NCBI GenBank assembly: GCA_963817895.1
Contig: CAWFQB010000011.1
Span: 192,001 to 256,000, forward strand
DNA: 64,000 nucleotides
Source: an uncultured Chthonomonadaceae bacterium
GTDB lineage: Bacteria; Armatimonadota; Chthonomonadetes; Chthonomonadales; Chthonomonadaceae
Direction of reading: 5' to 3'
Shown: piece by piece, positions 1-10,001 of the stretch
Numbering within the stretch: the first letter of the stretch is position 1
How the letters are laid out: each line of letters opens with the position of its first letter
Translations under genes and position numbers: made by a program
The notes under the pieces: generated by a model
Seen by the model: only the letters and a program-made list of their open reading frames with translations
What the model was told of the DNA's origin: nothing
The model's database searches: none

Positions 1-251
1 AGCTTCCAGCCGAGCGTGAGCAGCGCGTCGCGCTTCCTCTTCCACTTCCCGTTGTTTGATTGCTTCCGCTTGCGCCTAGCTTCATCTGCCAATTGCGCGG
101 CTTGCTGCGCATCCTCCTGCTGTGTAGGCGTGTTTTGAGTGACAAGTGCCGATTGGCTGATAGGGAGCGCAGTAGGCTGCGGCACAGCGACTTATGTAAA
201 TTCGGTTCCACCCCGCGAACACTTGGTGAGTACGACGCCCATAACTGTCAT
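1..251 (-). CDS. Possible 5' part of a coiled-coil protein running off the window edge (interrupted reading frame)
   Basis: The minus strand reads VPQPTALPISQSALVTQNTPTQQEDAQQAAQLADEARRK, then in a shifted frame AEAIKQREVEEKEARRAAHARLEA. The start is uncertain because an in-frame TAA lies upstream. Confidence 0.3.
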
Positions 252-584
252 GCAAATGATTACAGGGAGAGGGCGCAGACGGGAAGATTTGTCTTGAAGG
301 GAGAGATTGGACAATACTCTTTAGTTACCAGGCGTGAAATGGAACATCTAGCCTTGCCTCCTACAAGGCTAGACGCATACGAAAAAGCAACCTTACAATT
401 CCCTGATAAAATTGCGGAGTAGTTTTCGCGTAGTAGAGGATAATTTATGACGACTTGAGTTTTGCACCGCGAGCTACAAACATGAAACGCAGGAAATGCA
501 CGGGGAAATGACGAATAATGGTTCGTTCCTGTGCTTCCTTAAGGTTGCGTGTCGTCATTCATGTTTTACGAAGGTAGCTTAGCC

Positions 585-1707
585 ATGTGGTTCTCTCCAA
601 AGCGCGCATATGACCCACTGCTGCATCGGTTTTTTGCTGCCAGAACGCAGAAAGAGGCGGATTCCGTTTTTCAGGTTCTCTGGACAAAAGAGCTTTGCAG
701 GGAAGCGGAACAGACACTGCATAAGCACATGCCGAGGCGGGAAGAGCATGAAAAGCGCGAGGAGCTTGTCGCCGAAACGGAATACAGTCTGTACAAAATA
801 CTGAATGGGCAGCGGAGTCAGGAAGCGGAAGGAGCGAGAATACCCCGACAACAGGAAATAATGAACGCGCGCGCTTACACCCGCATGATCGTCAAAAACC
901 TGTTTGTAAACTACCTGCGTAAACGTAACCCTGCCTGGCGGCAGATAAATCAAAAGATGCTGTCCGCGCTGCAAACCCACCCTGAACTGGAACTATGGGA
1001 GACAGAACCCCCCCATGCTGTCAGCATGGCCGGTCTGCGCGCCTGGTCGCGGCGAATGACCGCAATAACCGCGGAAGCGCAGCAATTTCTGGAAGGTGAT
1101 TACGCGAATTTCCGCCAGCATCAACTGGATAATCAGAGCCCGATGGAAATTGTCGGCGCGAACATGGCCGGACTGCCCCTTTTGATCGGGCATATTCTGG
1201 CGTGGGTGGAGATTCCCCTTCTGGCCGATACGCTGATGTTTTATCTCGCGCAGTTTCTGGAACTCAAGGAGACAGATTCCGAAGTCTCTGGAAGAAAGGC
1301 AGGAGCGGGGCAGCGCAGAAATACCGGACACAAAAGATATATTCGGGGATATTCTGGATCAGGCGGCGCGCACGGAGTGGATGCGCCGGGTCGGGAAGTT
1401 GATGTGCGATACAGATAGGAAAGGCGCGCTTACTCGCTGTGAACGAGGAGCGATTCTGCTCAATCAGGAGCAGGATTTCATTCTGGACGGATTGGACATA
1501 CGCATTACGGAGTTGGCGCAGGCGCTGGGGATTTCTCTCTCAACCCCCGATTTGTTTGAACGCTTTCTTGAGGAAGCCTGGCGCAAACTCCCACTTACGG
1601 ATGCGGACAGCAAGAAGTTTCTGAAAGCAGAGCAGACGATCTCCAATTGCCGCATGACGGCTCGACGCAAAATCGAAAGATGGCGCGAAGAAATGAAAGA
1701 ATTGTAA
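585..1707 (+). CDS. Divergent ECF/sigma-70-like RNA polymerase sigma factor with a large insertion, split by one frameshift near 1270-1290
   Basis: ORF 549..1418 has a region-2-like segment (NARAYTRMIVKNLFVNYLRK). The alternative frame continues SLEERQERGSAEIPD into ORF 1381..1707, which has a region-4-like end (LTRCERGAILL...TISNCRMTARRKIERW). It directly precedes a zinc-finger anti-sigma gene. Confidence 0.6.
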
Positions 1708-1746
1708 GGCCGCGCGTATTCGGTCGTCTTGGAACGTTAAGAGGCC

Positions 1747-2980
1747 ATGGAACATCTAACAGAAACACAAATTTCAAATTATCGCGCGGGAACGCTGGAC
1801 GCGCTTGGCGACTACGCTGTTGTCGAACGCCATCTTGACACCTGCCCGTCTTGCCGGGACTTGTTCCGGCGGGCGGCAGGCGCGCGTTTGGCGCAGGCGG
1901 CGGGTGTGCCTGCCGACGCCCCGCACCCGGACGACGACGTTATTTCCCGCTACGCGCAAAACGAAACCGTCGTTACGGCGCGGGAGCGGGAGCATATCAC
2001 GCAGTGTTCACGCTGCCTGGCGGACGCTGCCGCTGTGCGCCAGTATCTCGAAGTACAAACTCTGGCCCCGTTGCCGAACTCGCTCACCACTCGGTAGGGA
2101 CAACAAGAAGCGCGTCTCCGCTGACAACAAGCGACATATTTCCGGCAGCCAGGAAACATACGCGCCAGATGCCAATCGGGGCTATGGGCCGGGAGGATGG
2201 GCGGCTTTTAGACTGCGTTGGGCTGGCCTGTCCCTGTGCGGTATGGCGGCTGCCGCCGCGCTGGTCTGGTTCCTGAATCAGTCCGCGCTTCATCGGGTCA
2301 CAGCGGAACGGGATCGCCTGCAACAGCAGATTGTGGCAGGCATTCGGGGAAATGGCAGCGGCTCGATCCCGATGTTTGCCGCGCGTGGCGACGTGTCCGA
2401 ACAGACGCTGGCGCAATTGAGGAAGTTAAATAACCAAAGCGCCATAATGGGCGAGGCCAACCGTGACGCCGTTCAACTGCTGCGTCCAAAAGGAACGCTG
2501 GTTGGCAGTCTGCGCCCTTTGCTTGTCTGGAAACTGACCAAGCCGATCCCCGGCGCAACCCATTATGAAATCACGATTGTCAACGCGCAAACACCTAATG
2601 CGTCCAATCCCGAGGAGCATACTCTCACGCTAGATTTGCGTGGGGATGAGAATGGCAGCCGTCGCCTGTCTCAACCCGGCGCTACGCCCCCCGAAGCCTG
2701 CCTGCAAGTGCCGGATGGCCTGCTGAAGCCCGATACCATCTATAGCTGGAGTGTCGAGGTCAAAGGCGAAAACAAGGAGGCTTCTTTCGGCGGCTCATCT
2801 CCCGATGCGCAATCGTTTTTCGGAACCCTGACGACTGCGCAGATGGGGCAACTGGGTCAGGTTGCCGCGCCGATGGGAGTTTTGGACGATGCGGAACCCG
2901 CCCTGGCAGCGGATGCGCGAAGCGCTGAGTCGCGCCGCCTGCTGGACGCCTTACGCAAACTGCGCGCCGACTTCAAATAA
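1747..2980 (+). CDS. Putative membrane-anchored anti-sigma factor: two zf-HC2 motifs, one TM helix and an extracytoplasmic beta-rich (DUF928-like) domain; frameshift near 2090
   Basis: HLDTCPSCR and HITQCSRC (HxxxCxxC) occur in ORF 1747..2097. ORF 1805..2980 has a TM segment (WAGLSLCGMAAAAALVWFL) and the motifs LLRPKGTLVGSLRPLLVW and LKPDTIYSWSVEV. Confidence 0.65.
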
Positions 2981-2988
2981 CCCGTGCT

Positions 2989-5900
2989 TCACTGCCCGGA
3001 GCCATTGAGTATGAATGTCGCCCAGAAGTAGGGGCGCGGGTTACGTTTCAGCGCCCGGATTTGCGCTTCGCGCAGGGCTGCCGCTAAAGTCTTTTTGCCT
3101 TTGGCGGCCTTCCATGCGCGATAGAAGTCCAGTAGGAGTTCCGCCGATGGCTTATCCTGCACGACCCACAGCGACATCAGCACATTGTTCGCCCCCGCTG
3201 TCAGAAATGCCCGCGCCACGCTCTGAACCCCTTCAAACTGGCTTTCTGCTCCTGTTCCTGTTTCGCAGGCCCACAAAACTACCAGATGCGCGTTTGTTCT
3301 CATACGCATGATTTGCCACACATGAAGCAGGCCGGTATCTTTGGAATTTGGCGTCAATGCCAGACTTGAATTTAAGGAATCCCGGCTGTCTGCAAGGCCG
3401 TGACAGCCCACATGCAGAATATCCACGTCCACGCACTTTGCCGTCAGATTGGAAATCGTCGCTTGTTCCCCGGTCAGCACAAGGGAGTGAGGCGCGTAGA
3501 GTTTGCCTACCTGCTTCGCCACTGTTCCCGTTTCCTGTAATTGCTGCCGTGTCCCGCCCATGATTGTCACACGCGCATAGGCAGACGACTTTGCCGCCCC
3601 GGTCAGCCGGTAAGCGGGATTGCCGACAGCCAGAACTTTCGGGTTTGTGATTTGTCGCGCGGAATGCAGGCTGCGGTAGATGGTCAGGGAACCGACGACA
3701 CTCACGGGCAGTTTCTCAATGAGAAAATGTCCATCTTTGGGCATCAATGCAGCAAAGGGAACATTATGCAGCGGCCCGTCCGGGCAAATCACAAGCGCGT
3801 CGGCATGGTTGATTTCTTCCTGCGCGGGCGAGAGAAGCTGGCGGTAAAGGTCTTTCAAAACGGGCGTGTACTTATGTGGCGTACTGTTGATGTTGGCGTA
3901 AATACGGCGCGCGTTGGTGACTTGCCGGACCAACAGGTCGCGCGATACAGACAGGCGATAAGAACGAAAACGTGTTCGCGTGAGGGTAAAGAGATACGTC
4001 TGCCTGTCATCGGTCGCGAAAGCCAGCGCGAGCGTTCCCGGCGGCAGAGCTTGCTTTGCCGCTTCCACATCAATCGGCTGCGGGGTTTCTATCGCGGAGA
4101 TGCGCGGCAAAGCCAGGCCCAGATCGGCATCCAACTGACGTTGCTGAACTTCCAGCGCTTGCAGCGATTGGCGCAGAGGTTCTTCCCGGTTGGTTTCATG
4201 GTTTGCCTGCGCCTGCTGAAGTTCAGTTTCCTGAACGCGTCGGCGATCATCGAGGGCAAGTTGTTGGTCCCGAAATTTCGGCGGCAGTTGATAAACCAGA
4301 TCCCGGTAGCGTTTCGCCATGCTGTCAACAAGCGAGCGCGCATGAATATGTTCCAGTACGCCAAAAGCTTTTTCCGGCTGATCCAGAGACAGGTAGGTTT
4401 GCATCAGCCCCGTAAACGCCTCGGCGTTTTGCTGCACGAGGAAGGCGCGCGTTTCCAGGCTGAAAATTGCCTGCCGCTGATTGTCCAGGAGGGAGGTGGC
4501 TTTCTCAAAATAAGACAGCGCGTCTTTGGGCTGCTGTTGGCGCAGGAGAATTTGCCCTAAAAGCGTTTGGATTTTGGCTTCTGCAAATGTCCCGCCGGTT
4601 TTTTTCATTATCACCAGCGCTTCTTCACACAACTGGCGGGCTGCTGTCAACCGCTTTTGCGACAAAGCAACCACTGCCAGCCCCGTGAGACTGGCGACCA
4701 TACCCGGTAATTCAGGTAAGACTTGCTTCCAGATTGCGCGCGCCTGTTGAAAGTAATCTTTAGCCTGTTTCAAGTTTCCCAGACTATCGCTTGTCAACCC
4801 CAGGCCGTTGAGGACAGCAGCCTGCCGCGCAGAAGCGGGCGCGAACTGCAAAATAGCATTGACCTCTTCATAATGTTTCTGGCACTGTTGAAACTCTCCC
4901 CGCGCTAATTCCACCAGTCCCAACAACAAAACAAGATTCCATTTTTCAGGGGAATTAAAAGCCAGTTTATTCGCCAGCGCCAGTCCCTCCCGGTAATGAG
5001 TTTCGGCGCTTTCCAGATCGCCCTGAATGGCCGCAATCAGCCCTTGTGTGCTGAGAAGATCAAGGCGACTGGCAACCGTAGGAGGAGAGGACTTGCGCCA
5101 CAAGGCAAGAGTCTGCTGAATATAAAATTGCGCTTTGCGCGTGTTGCCCTGCATCGCCATAATACGCGCCAGGCTGCTGGTAAGGGACGCGAGCGTATCC
5201 CACGCGCCCGAGTATCTCCTACGACAAAGCGCAAGGGCCTGTTCGTATTCCTTGCGCGCCAGTGCCGTCTTGCCCGAAGCGGCAGTCACAGTACCGAGGT
5301 CACTAAGGCAGTTCACCATATTCGGCGAATCGGGCGCGTGTTTCTGAAACAAAGCTCGCGCTGTTGAATAGCTGTCAAGGGCGTTTTGTATCTTTGTCTC
5401 GTAAACGGCGATGATACCCATGTGACAATAACTGTCTCCCATGCTTACCGAGTCCGGAACCAGCCGATTTCGGATATTGAAGGCAGCAGTGAATAGTTCG
5501 CGCGCCTTTGCCATGTGTATGGGCATGCTCAACATATAAAAGGCTCCGCCGCCATCCGGTGTCGTCATAACGAACTGAATAGTTCCTCGCAAATCCAGAG
5601 ATTCCGCCATGCTCATTTCGTCATGGCAGGCGGCTGCCAGGGGATAAGCGCGTTCCAGGCATTTGTAGGCATCGGGCAGCTTGTGAAGATTGAGATTGCG
5701 AACGGCAATGCCCATCATGGTAATTGCCTGCGCTTCCCTATCTGTTCCGCGCGCGACGATTTGCCACAAGCGCTGCGCCCATTTCAAAGCTGCTCGTATG
5801 CTGGCATCCTTGCTTTTCTGCGGCAAAAAATTGTTATTATCCAGGGCGAATGCGGCGTAGTTGTCCGAAATCACAGTACACAAAAAGGCGGAACTCTGCG

Positions 5901-6402
5901 TATCGGATGCGGCTTCGGCTCGCCGAAAGGCGGTAATCCAGGGCGCAGACGCCGCCATCCATTGCTTCGCTTCGTGCCGCTTCAGCCCGACACGATACAA
6001 AGACAAAATATTCGTAGGAAGCTGAGGACGGAAAATCCATTTTTCCTCGTTGATTGACGTCATATCGCCGGAGTTTACCATCACCTCGAGTATCCGCTTG
6101 CCGCGCCGGACTGTCATCTTCACTTGCGATTGCGCGACAACATTGCCAATAGCCGCGCCGAAAGCAGCGAATGAATGTATGGGACGATCCCGATATTGGA
6201 GTACGACATCGCCGGGCATCAGCCCCGCTTTTGCTGCGGCTGTGTTGGGGAGCACTAATTCGAGGACAACTTCGGCAGGAGCGGAGGCGCGGGAAGCTTG
6301 GCCGTGTAAGCCGGAGGCGGAACAGGCGGCAATGCAGAACAGGCCGCTCAAATGTCCCAACCATAGAAGAACCAGGAGGAAACGATGGCAAGAAAACAGC
6401 AT
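2989..6402 (-). CDS. Exported PDZ + TPR + CHAT (caspase-like cysteine protease) protein
   Basis: N-terminal hydrophobic signal, a PDZ-like motif (VLPNTAAAKAGLMPGDVVL) and long TPR repeats. CHAT motifs are PDGPLHNVPFAAL, LHVGCHG (catalytic His), VVLWACETG (catalytic Cys), SLWVV and PYFWATFIL. Confidence 0.9.
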   Translation of the reverse strand: MLFSCHRFLLVLLWLGHLSGLFCIAACSASGLHGQASRASAPAEVVLELVLPNTAAAKAGLMPGDVVLQYRDRPIHSFAAFGAAIGNVVAQSQVKMTVRRGKRILEVMVNSGDMTSINEEKWIFRPQLPTNILSLYRVGLKRHEAKQWMAASAPWITAFRRAEAASDTQSSAFLCTVISDNYAAFALDNNNFLPQKSKDASIRAALKWAQRLWQIVARGTDREAQAITMMGIAVRNLNLHKLPDAYKCLERAYPLAAACHDEMSMAESLDLRGTIQFVMTTPDGGGAFYMLSMPIHMAKARELFTAAFNIRNRLVPDSVSMGDSYCHMGIIAVYETKIQNALDSYSTARALFQKHAPDSPNMVNCLSDLGTVTAASGKTALARKEYEQALALCRRRYSGAWDTLASLTSSLARIMAMQGNTRKAQFYIQQTLALWRKSSPPTVASRLDLLSTQGLIAAIQGDLESAETHYREGLALANKLAFNSPEKWNLVLLLGLVELARGEFQQCQKHYEEVNAILQFAPASARQAAVLNGLGLTSDSLGNLKQAKDYFQQARAIWKQVLPELPGMVASLTGLAVVALSQKRLTAARQLCEEALVIMKKTGGTFAEAKIQTLLGQILLRQQQPKDALSYFEKATSLLDNQRQAIFSLETRAFLVQQNAEAFTGLMQTYLSLDQPEKAFGVLEHIHARSLVDSMAKRYRDLVYQLPPKFRDQQLALDDRRRVQETELQQAQANHETNREEPLRQSLQALEVQQRQLDADLGLALPRISAIETPQPIDVEAAKQALPPGTLALAFATDDRQTYLFTLTRTRFRSYRLSVSRDLLVRQVTNARRIYANINSTPHKYTPVLKDLYRQLLSPAQEEINHADALVICPDGPLHNVPFAALMPKDGHFLIEKLPVSVVGSLTIYRSLHSARQITNPKVLAVGNPAYRLTGAAKSSAYARVTIMGGTRQQLQETGTVAKQVGKLYAPHSLVLTGEQATISNLTAKCVDVDILHVGCHGLADSRDSLNSSLALTPNSKDTGLLHVWQIMRMRTNAHLVVLWACETGTGAESQFEGVQSVARAFLTAGANNVLMSLWVVQDKPSAELLLDFYRAWKAAKGKKTLAAALREAQIRALKRNPRPYFWATFILNGSGQ

Positions 6403-6525
6403 AATGTATCCCCATGCTCAGAGCAGAGTTCAGCGCGCAAACCGGATTAGATTATTGTTGGAAACCTGACAGTCGTAACAGGTATGTTCAGTATGGCATA
6501 TAAGGGGTTGCGCCGACAAACCGGC

Positions 6526-8282
6526 CTATTCCACGCCGTGAAAACCGGAGTGGTACAGGCCGATTTTTCTTGCCACAGCCTCAAACCGGGAATTAGAGCG
6601 CAGACTGATGAAGCGTGGGTCAATGTGAATCAACACCAGATCGCCGGGATGTTCGTTCAGGGCCAAGTCTAAACAATCCAGAGCGGCCTCCGGCTCCTCC
6701 AACCCGAGATAAATAGTGGATAGGGCGACGGGAGAAACATAACAGCCTTCGGTTTCGCGCTGTTCTTTCAATTGTTCCAGCAGTTCGCGTGATTTCTCGC
6801 GCTCGCCTGCCTTCGCATAGGCATGGGCAATGCCTGCGACAAAGAGGGGTTTTGCGGACCTTCCAGCATATCATCCAACTCAATAGCGTGATGGAACGCC
6901 CGCAATGCCTCGTCGAATTTATCTTTCGCGTCCTCCGTCAGCCCAATCTCCTCGCACATAAGCGCCTGCTGTTCGTATGCTTTCCCCAGACAATAATGAA
7001 CCAGGCAGTAGCGGGGCGCGTCTTTCAGAGCGTCCCGGTACTTTTCAATGGCATACGCATACAGGCGCTTGTAGTGGTATCGCTCGCCCACGCTTTTGCT
7101 CAAAACCCCGCTTTGCGGCTCCAGATCGCAGGCGGTATTGATCTCTTCCAGGCTTTGCTGCGTGTTGCCCTGTAGCATCAGGAGGTAACTGTACCATTGA
7201 TGGGCCGTTTCGTTGTCCGGGTTTAGCAGCAGCGCTTCAATAAAGGCCTCTTCCGCTTCCACCCACTCCCAATCATAAATCATTTTAATCCAGGCGTCCG
7301 CCGTCAGTATCGCGGATTGGGCAATATCCGACACCCTGCCCGTTGTTTGCCCGGCCGCCTGCACCCAGGTTTTGGCCTGAGCCGCCGCTACGCGAGGTTC
7401 CAGATAACTGTAATAGCCGAGCATGCTGTACGCATCCGCCATTCCCGCATACGCGAGGGCATAGTTCGGGTCGGCCTCTATCGCCTTCTGAAACCAGGCC
7501 AAGCTCTCCTGCAAGGCTCCCTCGGCGCGTATCTTCCACAGTCGCCGTCCCTGATTATAAGCGGCCACGGCTTTGGGGTTAATGACAGAGATGGGCGGGA
7601 TGTAAGGAAACGGCCTGGGCAGCCACGATGCCGGCGGTTCCGCTGTGGGCGTCTCATTCCCATGTTCCAGAAGCGCGCATTCGTCTGAGGAGAGCGGCGA
7701 GGCGTTGGCCGCGTGTTCTTCGCACATATTGGCGAGTTCCGGCAGGGACAGTTCGCGGAACAAGCCGCACAGCGTTTCAAGCGCCTGAACGAACTTAGCC
7801 CGGTAATCCGAACGCGCCTTTGCGATCCAGTCGTATTCCTGCGTGTCCGAATAACCCAGCAAAAACTCGCCCCGGTACAGTCTTGCGGCTGCCGTCAGCG
7901 CTTTGATCTTTGCCGGGGCGTCTGTGGCTTTGTCCGCTTCTTTGAGATGCTGGTTGAAATCGTCAATATCCCGCGTGAACAACTCCGAAAGCAGGCCCAG
8001 AGTGCCATCGCGCGGGCTTTGCAGCAGGGTATCCGGCGACAGTTTGGGCATCCCTAATATTCGGGTCAGCCTGAGCAGCGCCTGTGAAAGATTGTTGTCG
8101 CCATCATCGGAAAGCGGCCAGAATTTCACGGCAAGGCTTGCGCGGCTATGCTTGCCCCTGTTGTAGGCCAGAAACGCGAGCAACTGGCAATGCTTGTTGC
8201 GATGAATACCCGGCACAATTTCCTTATTTCGCGTTACCTCGAACGTTCCCAGCATTTTGAAATGCCAGCGCTCCTCGATCAT
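6526..8282 (-). CDS. SARP-type winged-helix/BTAD transcriptional regulator with C-terminal TPR repeats; frameshift near 6830
   Basis: The N-terminus has MLGTFEV...LLAFLAY...FWP...LSQALLRL and the BTAD motif LYRGEFLLG. TPRs include AIEADPNYALAYAGMADAY. ORF 6526..6771 supplies the typical C-terminus (DPRFISLRSNSRF). Confidence 0.8.
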
Positions 8283-8493
8283 TTTGCCGCTCCCCTGTTC
8301 TCCTGACCCTCTTTTTCTTGTTTTTCTTTTCTTCTGCTTCCTACTGCGCCTGCATCGCCCGTAAAGTTCCGCCGGAAACCATGTTCATGTAGAATAAACC
8401 TGAAATTGTTCTGCTGTAAACCCTGATTTCATACGGTCAGGCTTATACTGTAAACAAGCGAATTCAGCAATTGTGTTTAAGGGGGTCAGACGG

Positions 8494-9918
8494 ATGAGCG
8501 TAACTCTGTGCATGATTATTATTGCGGCGGCGATATGGGCATTGCTGCGGCGCGTGGATGTGCGGCTTGTGCTGCTGGCCGCTTCGGTCGCGCTGTACGC
8601 GCTCGCGGGCAAACTGCCGGAAATGTTCGTCAAAATGTCGGAAGAACTGGCAAATCCACGCACCGTTGTACCCATCTGCTCCGCCATGGGGTTCGCCTAT
8701 GTGCTGCGAGTTACGGAGTGCGACAAACATCTGGTGCATCTGCTGCTGCGTCCCTTAGACCACCGCCTTGCGCGCGCCCTGCTGATTCCGGGCTGCGTGA
8801 CGGCTGGATTTGTTGTCAACATGGCGGTTGTCAGCCAGTCGGGCGCGGCAGCGGTCGTCGGGGCCATACTGCTTCCCCTGTTGTTGAGCAAGGGCATTTC
8901 AAGAGCGACGGCGGGTTCGCTCCTGCTGCTTGGATGCAGCATGGGCGGCCAGTTGTTCAATCCCGGCGCAGTGGAAATCGGGAACCTGAACAGCGAAACC
9001 AAAATTTCCTGTGGCGAACTGGCGCAGCGTTTCATTCCTCTCAATCTGATTGCTTGCGTCACCGCGTTACTGGTCTACTGGTATCTTGCCGCGCGCCGGG
9101 AACGCGCATACAGGCTCAATGCGCTGCGCATCGTCGGAACAAATGCGAATTACGACCTGAAAAAGCCGCTTCCCCCAAACGCGCAGCCGTTCCGTATCAA
9201 CCCTGCCAAATCCGCCGTGCCGTTCGTGCCTCTGCTGCTGCTGATGGCAGTTATGTGCAGGCCGCTTTCCAATCCACTGCATCGGTTTCCCGAACATGTC
9301 ACCATTCTGGCGGCCATGCTGATTGGCGTCGTGGCGGCGGGGCTGACGTCCCCTTCGCAAATGGGCAAATTGACGCGCGTCTTTTTTGATGGCATGGCAT
9401 TTGCCTACGGTCAGATCATCTCCATCACGGTCAGCGCAACCCTGTTCGCCGAGGGTATCAAGGTCAACGGCCTGATACAAAGTATGGTCGGGCGTTTGGC
9501 GGCGCGTCCCGGCCCCGCCCTGCTGGCAAGTCTGCTGCTGCCGGGTGGATTGGCGGCGCTGTCGGGTTCAGGGGCGGGCGCAGCCATTTCTATGATACAC
9601 GCGCTGATCCCCGGCGCCCCCGCCATGCATCTGGACCCCGTGCAGACCGGAGCGCTGATTGCCGTCGCCGCGCAACTGGGCCGCACCATGAGTCCGGTAG
9701 CCGCCGTGACTATCCTGTGCGCCACGCTGGCAATCGCGACGCCCACTCCGCATGACGCCGACGCGGATACAGCGGAAGCAGAACTGGAAACCAACATTGA
9801 AGCCTCAGACAAGAATGTCGCAAACATGGCCCTGACCCTGGCAAAGCGGGTCGCGCTGCCCCTGCTCGCAGGCGGCGCGGCGATGTATCTGGCCGCGCTG
9901 GCAGGCATAGGCCGTTGA
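8494..9918 (+). CDS. DcuC/DcuD-family C4-dicarboxylate transporter
   Basis: Multi-TM protein with family motifs PICSAMGFAYVL, CDKHLVHLL, LSGSGAG and LGRTMSPVAAV. Confidence 0.8.
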   Translation: MSVTLCMIIIAAAIWALLRRVDVRLVLLAASVALYALAGKLPEMFVKMSEELANPRTVVPICSAMGFAYVLRVTECDKHLVHLLLRPLDHRLARALLIPGCVTAGFVVNMAVVSQSGAAAVVGAILLPLLLSKGISRATAGSLLLLGCSMGGQLFNPGAVEIGNLNSETKISCGELAQRFIPLNLIACVTALLVYWYLAARRERAYRLNALRIVGTNANYDLKKPLPPNAQPFRINPAKSAVPFVPLLLLMAVMCRPLSNPLHRFPEHVTILAAMLIGVVAAGLTSPSQMGKLTRVFFDGMAFAYGQIISITVSATLFAEGIKVNGLIQSMVGRLAARPGPALLASLLLPGGLAALSGSGAGAAISMIHALIPGAPAMHLDPVQTGALIAVAAQLGRTMSPVAAVTILCATLAIATPTPHDADADTAEAELETNIEASDKNVANMALTLAKRVALPLLAGGAAMYLAALAGIGR

Positions 9919-9957
9919 ACGGTATAGGCCGTTGAACGGCATAGGCCGTTGAGCGGC
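9904..9957 (+). repeat. 17-bp tandem repeat x3 overlapping the transporter stop codon
   Basis: GGCATAGGCCGTTGAAC / GGTATAGGCCGTTGAAC / GGCATAGGCCGTTGAGC. Confidence 0.9.
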
Positions 9958-10001
9958 AGCGCTGTCCACGCATTGAATTTTATGCCGGATTGGAGAAAAT
10001 A

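Noticed and set aside
60..422. 120-aa ORF upstream of the sigma-like gene
   Set aside because: It has a TTG start, no recognisable motif, and overlaps a more protein-like frame on the opposite strand.
3541..4560. Long antisense or alternate-frame ORFs (also 8508..9389, 15608..16510, 17039..17980, 18538..19746, 32752..33828, 51978..52961, 53208..54098)
   Set aside because: They are shadows of well-supported genes in GC-rich DNA and have no motifs of their own.
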